DNA of 63,592 bases, filler included, from Thraustochytrium aureum (lineage: Eukaryota): the NCBI GenBank assembly GCA_012862495.1. It is 4 parts of 3 records of this genome, joined end to end, with 100 filler letters (N's around TTAATTAATTAA, not from the genome) between each part and the next. Parts side by side here need not be neighbours in the genome. Positions count along the whole stretch, not along the records: positions 51,729 to 60,582 come from BLSG01000379.1; positions 60,683 to 63,592 come from BLSG01000391.1; 2 more parts are not named here. One strand, 5' to 3'. A model generated the notes under the pieces. That model did no database searches, was not told the DNA's origin, and saw nothing but the letters and a program-made list of their open reading frames with translations. Positions 57,328-63,592 of this stretch are shown in pieces. The position numbers were made by a program, and so were the translations under genes. How positions within the stretch are numbered: position 1 is the stretch's first letter; each line of letters opens with the position of its first letter.

Positions 57328-59523
57328 CTAGCGCAAAAAGCCCTGCATTGCGTTGAACACCCTGGAGGCGAACGGCTCTGGCTGGTTGAAGACGTCGCCC
57401 GACTTGGCCGTCTCTAGATTGCAAGCGAGGCGTGTCCCCTGGTCAAAGGCGCGCTTGGCATCCACCTCGGCTGCCATCTCTGCTCCCCCGATCATAAAGT
57501 ACTTTGGGCCCGAGGCCGGCGGAGCCTGCGGCCAGAGCTCGCGAAACGACTCTTGGCCCGCGCAGACTACGACGTGGTCGACATCCAGGACGATGGCCTT
57601 GCCCTTACGCGATAGGTGCAGTCCCTCGTCGTCGACCCGGGCGTACTTGACGCCGTTCCACATGTTGACCCCGCGGTGTTTGAGCTGCGTTCGCTTGATC
57701 CAGCCTGTAGTCTTGCCGAGTCCGGCCCCAACCTTGCCGGGCTTGCGCTGCAAGAGGTAGATCTCGCGCCCGCTACTCGCCGCCTCGGCGAGCTCCTCCG
57801 AGGCCTCGAGGCCGCCCCGAGACTCGTTCGCTTGATCGATCTTCCACTCCTTGCAAAACCGGCCCACTTGCTCGGGATCGGCCATGCCAGGCTTTGGGCC
57901 GTGCTCCGTGAGCTTGCCTTGAGGGTCAGAGAGGAACTCTGCCACGTCGAACCCGATTCCTCCGGCACCAATGATTGCGACCTTCTTGCCCACTTTGACA
58001 GCCCCCGAAAGCACGTCCGTGTAGCCCACAACCTTGGGGTGATCTGCGCCTGGAAGCGAGAGCCGGCGCGGCACAACACCTGTGGCCAGCACCACGTGTG
58101 TAAAGCCCTCCGCGTCAAGGAGCGCGCGGTCGGCCTCGGTGCCCATGCGCACGTCCACACCGTTCAGCTCAAGTTGCCTGTCAAAGTACCGCAGAGTCTC
58201 AAAGAACTCCTCCTTCCCCGGAACGCGCTTGGCCAAGTTGAACTGCCCACCGCGCTCTGCGGCTTTTTCGAACAGGGTCGTGGGGATGCCGCGCCGCGCG
58301 CAAGCGACGGCGCAGGCAAGGCCTGCGGGCCCCGCGCCGACCACGGCAACCTTGGTGCTAGCAGCAAAGGCGGGCGAGACCGGGTCGAGGCGCAGGTCCG
58401 CCTCGTACCCAGCGCGCGGATTGACGAGGCAGGACGCGCGCTTGGCTTGGAACACGTGGTCCAGGCAGGCCTGGTTGCATCCGATGCACGTGTTGATCTC
58501 GTCGTCGCGGCCCTCCTGCGCCTTTAGCATGAACTCTGGATCAGCAAGGAAGGGGCGCGCCATGCTGACCATGTCTGCGTACCCTTCCGCGAGCACCTGC
58601 TCGGCGGTTGAGGGCATGTTGATGCGATTGGTCGTGCAGAGCGGAATGCCCACAGAGCTCATGAGCTCTTTCGTCACGAACGCGAAGCCTGCGCGCGGAA
58701 CAGCGGTGGCGATCGTGGGGATGCGGGCCTGGTGCCAGCCGATGCCAGTGTTGATGATGGAAGCGCCTGCGTCTTCGACCCCCTTGGCGAGCGTCTCGAT
58801 CTCGTCCCAGGTCGACCCTCCCTCGACCAGGTCCAGCATGCTGAGCCGATAGATGATGATAAAGTCCTCCCCCAGCGCCTTGCGGGTGCGCCGGACGATT
58901 TCCAGCGGGAGCCGAATCCGGTTCTCGTACGAACCGCCCCACTCGTCGCGCCGCTTGTTGGCCTCCAAGGCGATGAACTGATTGATCAGGTAGCCTTCGC
59001 TGCCCATCACTTCGACGCCGTCGTACCCTGCCTGCGCGGCGAGCTCGGCGCAGCGCACAAAATCGTCGATCGTGGCCTCCACACCGCCGCTGCTCAGCGC
59101 CTTCGGCGTGAACATGCTGATTGGCGACTTGACCGGGGAGGGCGCCACCGCCCAATGGTGGTACGCGTATCGGCCGGCGTGGAGGATTTGCATGGCGATC
59201 TTGCCGCCCTCTGCATGGACAGCGTCCGCAACCACGCGGTGCCGCTCGACCTCGCTCGCCTTGTTCAGCTTTGCAGCAAAGTACTTGACGCGACCGGCGT
59301 TGTTGGGCGCGACGCCGCCCGTCACACACAGGCCGACCTGGCCGCGCGCCCGCTCTGCAAAGTACTCTGCCATGTCCTCGAGTCTTCCGCTCCGGAGCAC
59401 CTCCTCTAGCCCCGAGTGCATCGAGCCCATCAGCACGCGATTCTTCAGCGTCACCCTTCCCCCGTTCAGCTGCAGCGGCTTGAACAGGTTGGGCAAGCGA
59501 GCGGCGCCATTGGCACTCGCCAT
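57328..59523 (-). CDS. fadH: 2,4-dienoyl-CoA reductase, bacterial FadH type (FMN/FAD/4Fe-4S)
   Basis: LKNRVLMGSMHSGLEE, MQILHAGRY, GYDGVEVMGSEGYLINQF, NTGIGWH, INTCIGCNQACLDH..SCLVNPRA, GAGPAG, GAGLGKTTGWI. Intact and intronless. Confidence 0.96.
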   Translation of the reverse strand: MASANGAARLPNLFKPLQLNGGRVTLKNRVLMGSMHSGLEEVLRSGRLEDMAEYFAERARGQVGLCVTGGVAPNNAGRVKYFAAKLNKASEVERHRVVADAVHAEGGKIAMQILHAGRYAYHHWAVAPSPVKSPISMFTPKALSSGGVEATIDDFVRCAELAAQAGYDGVEVMGSEGYLINQFIALEANKRRDEWGGSYENRIRLPLEIVRRTRKALGEDFIIIYRLSMLDLVEGGSTWDEIETLAKGVEDAGASIINTGIGWHQARIPTIATAVPRAGFAFVTKELMSSVGIPLCTTNRINMPSTAEQVLAEGYADMVSMARPFLADPEFMLKAQEGRDDEINTCIGCNQACLDHVFQAKRASCLVNPRAGYEADLRLDPVSPAFAASTKVAVVGAGPAGLACAVACARRGIPTTLFEKAAERGGQFNLAKRVPGKEEFFETLRYFDRQLELNGVDVRMGTEADRALLDAEGFTHVVLATGVVPRRLSLPGADHPKVVGYTDVLSGAVKVGKKVAIIGAGGIGFDVAEFLSDPQGKLTEHGPKPGMADPEQVGRFCKEWKIDQANESRGGLEASEELAEAASSGREIYLLQRKPGKVGAGLGKTTGWIKRTQLKHRGVNMWNGVKYARVDDEGLHLSRKGKAIVLDVDHVVVCAGQESFRELWPQAPPASGPKYFMIGGAEMAAEVDAKRAFDQGTRLACNLETAKSGDVFNQPEPFASRVFNAMQGFLR

Positions 59524-60199
59524 CGCGGCTGCGCAGCGCCGTTGCCCAGCCCTGCCAGTCACTCCACGGGCCGTCCAGGAGCCAAGCCGTCCAGGAGCCA
59601 AGCCGCCGTCGAGACACCGAGCCGACGCGCTTCAACTGCGCAGCGGAGGTTGCCCGCCTCGGCCGTCGCACGTTGGAGCTCTGCTTCGCACCCACTCAAA
59701 GACCGTGCGCGACGGGAGCCAAGCTGGTCGTAGAGTAGCGTGCAAGCAACCAGACAATCATCAAGCTGCCAGTCAATCAATCATCGAGCGGCCAGCCGAT
59801 CATGCAGCCGACGCCTGGCGGGCCAACGTCTTGGGCGTCGGAGCCCTGCTCGGTGCACGTGAAGCTGGAGGACCCTCGAAGCCCAGCTTGTTGCACATGA
59901 AGCTGCTCGCTTCGTGCAGTCCCGCAGGGTCAAGAGCGCTTGGGCAATGGCAAGACAAGGCATTCGCTCGCCTCGGTCAGAACCGCGTGGAGGCCGCGCG
60001 CTCTGCGACTTGGTCCTGGTGCGGCAAGTCCGCGCCCCAAACTCGAGCGCATCAAGGGCTGGCACTTGTGGTGGTGGATCTGAAGGTGTTGATTAGTCAA
60101 GTAGACATTTATCGAAAGCAGCAAGTGCGACGAGCTCTCAATGAGCAGGGTTCGGCGACGGCCCCAGGTGGTCCTTCCTTCCTTTCTTCCTTCCGTTCT

Positions 60200-60582
60200 T
60201 CAGCCGATGAACGCGAGCGAGTACGAGTCAAAAGCGGCCACCACAGCCGGAGCCCGCGTCGAGGAGGCGCAGTAAACGTTGGACCACTGCTTCTCCGCCA
60301 TGGCAGGGTTCCAGCACTCGGTGAGACGGATCAATACGTTCTTGCCCTCAAGGTAGCACACGTACCCGAATTCGGCAAGCTCGGAAGTGATGGAGCGAAG
60401 CGGGGGCTCCCCGTGGCGCTGTTCGGGCCAATAAATGTTGTACTCAAAAAAGATGACCGAAACGCGGTTCGCGCGCAGGGCCTCCATCGCGCCATCCAAG
60501 ACGGCGAGGTCGTGGCCCTCCGTGTCAATCTTCAGCACGTCAATGTGGCGCAGGCCCTCTCGCTCTGCAAACTGGTCCACAG
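60200..60582 (-). CDS. FkbM-family (Methyltransf_21) methyltransferase, C-terminal fragment
   Basis: VDQF...HIDVLKIDTEGHDLAVLDGA...IFFEY...WSNVYC. Confidence 0.85.
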
Positions 60583-60626
60583 NNNNNNNNNNNNNNNNNN
60601 NNNNNNNNNNNNNNNNNNNNNNNNNN

Positions 60627-60638
60627 TTAATTAATTAA
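60627..60638. other. Artificial scaffold-joining linker
   Basis: TTAATTAATTAA inside N block. Confidence 0.95.
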
Positions 60639-60682
60639 NNNNNNNNNNNNNNNNNNNNNNNNNNNNNNNNNNNNNNNNNNNN

Positions 60683-61450
60683 AGCTTCCGTCACCGTGAG
60701 GGAAAGACTTTCAGCAAGCCTGCCGAGCGCGTCCGTCGAGCAGGTACCCTCCACGTCCACCAGCATGACAGGCTGCTTAAATTTGGAATTGGGTGTAAAC
60801 AGCAGGTCGTGGCCGGTTGTCGCCTGAACATTGCTATGTGCCCCAGACAGGAAATGATTGTGGCACCCACTAAGTGTCCTTAAGACAAACGATTTGCCGA
60901 CCTTTTGAGCGCCCAGAATGCCAACGCTAATGGCAGAATACCCCAGCTCAGTATTAAGGTTTTGCAAAAATGCACTGATGTCGGCCTCACTGACTACTTG
61001 CAGCAACTCGCTCTTGATCTCACCAACAAGCTTTAACGAGGCCGTCGTTGTGGGAGCGACCGGCGGGCTGGGGATACATGCCGTGCGCCATGACGGGATA
61101 GCATGATAGAGCTCCGCAGCTTTTGCGCCCACCTTGGACAGAATTGCGACCAACATGAAAACCGGGAACACCATGACTCCAAATGACAGCGCCGTGTGTG
61201 CGACAGTCAGCAAAGCGACCCCAATACCTAAGGGAACGCCAGCGAGAAGTGCGATCTCGGAAATTTGCATGGTTTTGAATGAAGCGGCCGAATTTGCAAA
61301 CGCAGCAGCGGCTTCGTTGCGAAACTGCGAGATACCCTGACGCCCGTCGCGAAATAGGTTTTCCTTGGCTGCCAGTGTTTCCCTCAGCAAACCGCTCGAG
61401 ATTTGATGAAACATTCGCGTCTGGTTTGTCATGGCGCTGCTGGCCTGGTC
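60683..61450 (-). CDS. GB1/RHD3-type (GBP/atlastin/VLIG-like) large GTPase, partial
   Basis: G1 ISVGILGAQKVGKSFVL, G2 ATTG, G3 MLVDVEG. Preceded by a ~45-aa hydrophobic stretch. Confidence 0.78.
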
Positions 61451-62520
61451 NNNNNNNNNNNNNNNNNNNNNNNNNNNNNNNNNNNNNNNNNNNNNNNNNN
61501 NNNNNNNNNNNNNNNNNNNNNNNNNNNNNNNNNNNNNNNNNNNNNNNNNNNNNNNNNNNNNNNNNNNNNNNNNNNNNNNNNNNNNNNNNNNNNNNNNNNN
61601 NNNNNNNNNNNNNNNNNNNNNNNNNNNNNNNNNNNNNNNNNNNNNNNNNNNNNNNNNNNNNNNNNNNNNNNNNNNNNNNNNNNNNNNNNNNNNNNNNNNN
61701 NNNNNNNNNNNNNNNNNNNNNNNNNNNNNNNNNNNNNNNNNNNNNNNNNNNNNNNNNNNNNNNNNNNNNNNNNNNNNNNNNNNNNNNNNNNNNNNNNNNN
61801 NNNNNNNNNNNNNNNNNNNNNNNNNNNNNNNNNNNNNNNNNNNNNNNNNNNNNNNNNNNNNNNNNNNNNNNNNNNNNNNNNNNNNNNNNNNNNNNNNNNN
61901 NNNNNNNNNNNNNNNNNNNNNNNNNNNNNNNNNNNNNNNNNNNNNNNNNNNNNNNNNNNNNNNNNNNNNNNNNNNNNNNNNNNNNNNNNNNNNNNNNNNN
62001 NNNNNNNNNNNNNNNNNNNNNNNNNNNNNNNNNNNNNNNNNNNNNNNNNNNNNNNNNNNNNNNNNNNNNNNNNNNNNNNNNNNNNNNNNNNNNNNNNNNN
62101 NNNNNNNNNNNNNNNNNNNNNNNNNNNNNNNNNNNNNNNNNNNNNNNNNNNNNNNNNNNNNNNNNNNNNNNNNNNNNNNNNNNNNNNNNNNNNNNNNNNN
62201 NNNNNNNNNNNNNNNNNNNNNNNNNNNNNNNNNNNNNNNNNNNNNNNNNNNNNNNNNNNNNNNNNNNNNNNNNNNNNNNNNNNNNNNNNNNNNNNNNNNN
62301 NNNNNNNNNNNNNNNNNNNNNNNNNNNNNNNNNNNNNNNNNNNNNNNNNNNNNNNNNNNNNNNNNNNNNNNNNNNNNNNNNNNNNNNNNNNNNNNNNNNN
62401 NNNNNNNNNNNNNNNNNNNNNNNNNNNNNNNNNNNNNNNNNNNNNNNNAGTACGAAAGATCCTGGGCACAAAGCGGTTGACGTTTTCCAAAGTCAAATCC
62501 GAGTCCACTACCGGTACGTC

Positions 62521-62753
62521 GGATCCTCCTTGCCGCTACGAAAGAAATATGCAGGAATCCTCCTTGGTAGGAGCAAGGAGGGTCCTCCTTGGTAGGAGCT
62601 ACTGTCTTCAGATGGTGATGATGATGCGGCGTTTTCTGCACTTGCGCGCGTTGGTTTACTGCACCGGTTGGCTGCAGCGCTCGATCGCCTTGGCTGGTCG
62701 ACTGGGGATGGTGGCATGCGGTCAATCAAGGAGGATCCTCCTTGCGGTCAATC
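62521..62753. repeat. Cluster of CAAGGAGGATCCTCCTTG palindromes (2 full, 2 half copies) with flanking direct repeats
   Basis: Full copies at 62574-62591 (one mismatch) and 62727-62744; half copies at 62521-62532 and 62557-62566. Confidence 0.85.
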
Positions 62754-63592
62754 TTGTCGACTCCCTGAGACCGTCATCTCCGGTTGCACAGTCGAGGCCT
62801 GGAGAAGTCAACCAAGTTGGGGGACAGTGAGCCGACCAACAAGTCGAAGCGGATGGCGCAAGTAGGTAGGCATTACAAGGACGCCCAAGAAGGCGGGGGA
62901 GTGGCCGAGATCACTTCTATCTCTAGCTAGGGTCATTGCGCGCGTGGAGGAGAAGCCTGGAGACTCGTCAATGAGTCGTCATCCAGCCCAACACGGCCAA
63001 GAACGTGCCCAGCCTTGCCTCGTGTTGCCTCGTGTTCGCTTGCCAGTGGTGCGCAGGTCATCATCGACTGTGAGAATTTGGTGAGTGATGGTGGGAGCTA
63101 GAACCTTGTGGCCCCAACTTGTGGGCCTCTGGGCGCCAGTGACACGATGAGCCATGGAGGCGAGTTTTGGTTCCTTGCCCCCCTGGGAATCAGTGAGGCA
63201 AGGGTCAGGTCCACGAACGCTTTCTCGCCGTCGCTGAGTCAGGTCGACGAACGCTTTTCCACGAGCGTTTTCTCACCATCGCGAAAACGTTCGAAAACGT
63301 TCGGACGTCAATTGGGAAAGAACCTCCCTTGAAGGATGTACTCAGTCTGATCACGGGAACTCTGATCAGTACTGGGTACGTACCGTAAATTTGTTATTGC
63401 TGCGACAGAATGAGATGAGTAGTAGAGTAGAGCACAACCACGTGTAAAGTGAAGGAGCATCGGCAGAGAAGCTACGGATAGCCCACACATAGTTCGATTC
63501 GTGCGACGAAATGTGCATGGACTTGGAGTGCAAGTGCAGCCGCCTTCGGCAACACCTCGGGGCTGCGCTCTCACGCGCTCAGTCACGGCTCC

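Noticed and set aside
119..60582. Alternative genetic code or selenocysteine readthrough
   Set aside because: TAA, TAG and TGA all end genes normally, and no conserved in-frame stop was seen. The ORF breaks are frame changes.
990..62448. Long ORFs in the track that span N runs
   Set aside because: Artefacts of translating gaps. Only the flanking real sequence was used.

Overview
This is GC-rich, gene-dense, intron-poor eukaryotic nuclear DNA using the standard genetic code. It comes from a flagellated protist (IFT172, ARL13-like and CCDC77 genes). The gene style, with few short GT-AG introns and Pro/Thr-stalk surface proteins, suggests a stramenopile, possibly a labyrinthulomycete/thraustochytrid; that is inference only. 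The window is four scaffold pieces joined by artificial N-TTAATTAATTAA-N linkers (26165, 51673, 60627), with many internal N gaps. About 28 genes or gene fragments are recognisable. They include a tyrosine phosphatase, ketopantoate reductase, COPI-associated protein, RCC1-BTB protein, PUF protein, LarE-like sulfur transferase, IFT172, alkaline ceramidase, CCDC77, La, ELP3, amidase, ARL13-like GTPase, RGS/GRK-like kinase, Pur-alpha-like protein, HAUS3, CBM9-like protein, ATP synthase d, FERRY3/C12orf4-like protein, a repeated-module vWD-like surface protein, bacterial-type FadH, an FkbM methyltransferase and a GBP-like GTPase. About 15 single-base frameshifts break otherwise intact genes, nearly all at short base runs, and are most likely sequencing errors. 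No rRNA, tRNA, CRISPR or intact transposase was seen. The most notable items are an intron-containing three-cysteine LarE homologue, a four-repeat PUR protein, 18-bp palindromes flanked by target-site-like duplications, a GBP-like GTPase with a hydrophobic hairpin before its P-loop, and a GRK-like kinase with a ~110-aa activation-segment insert.
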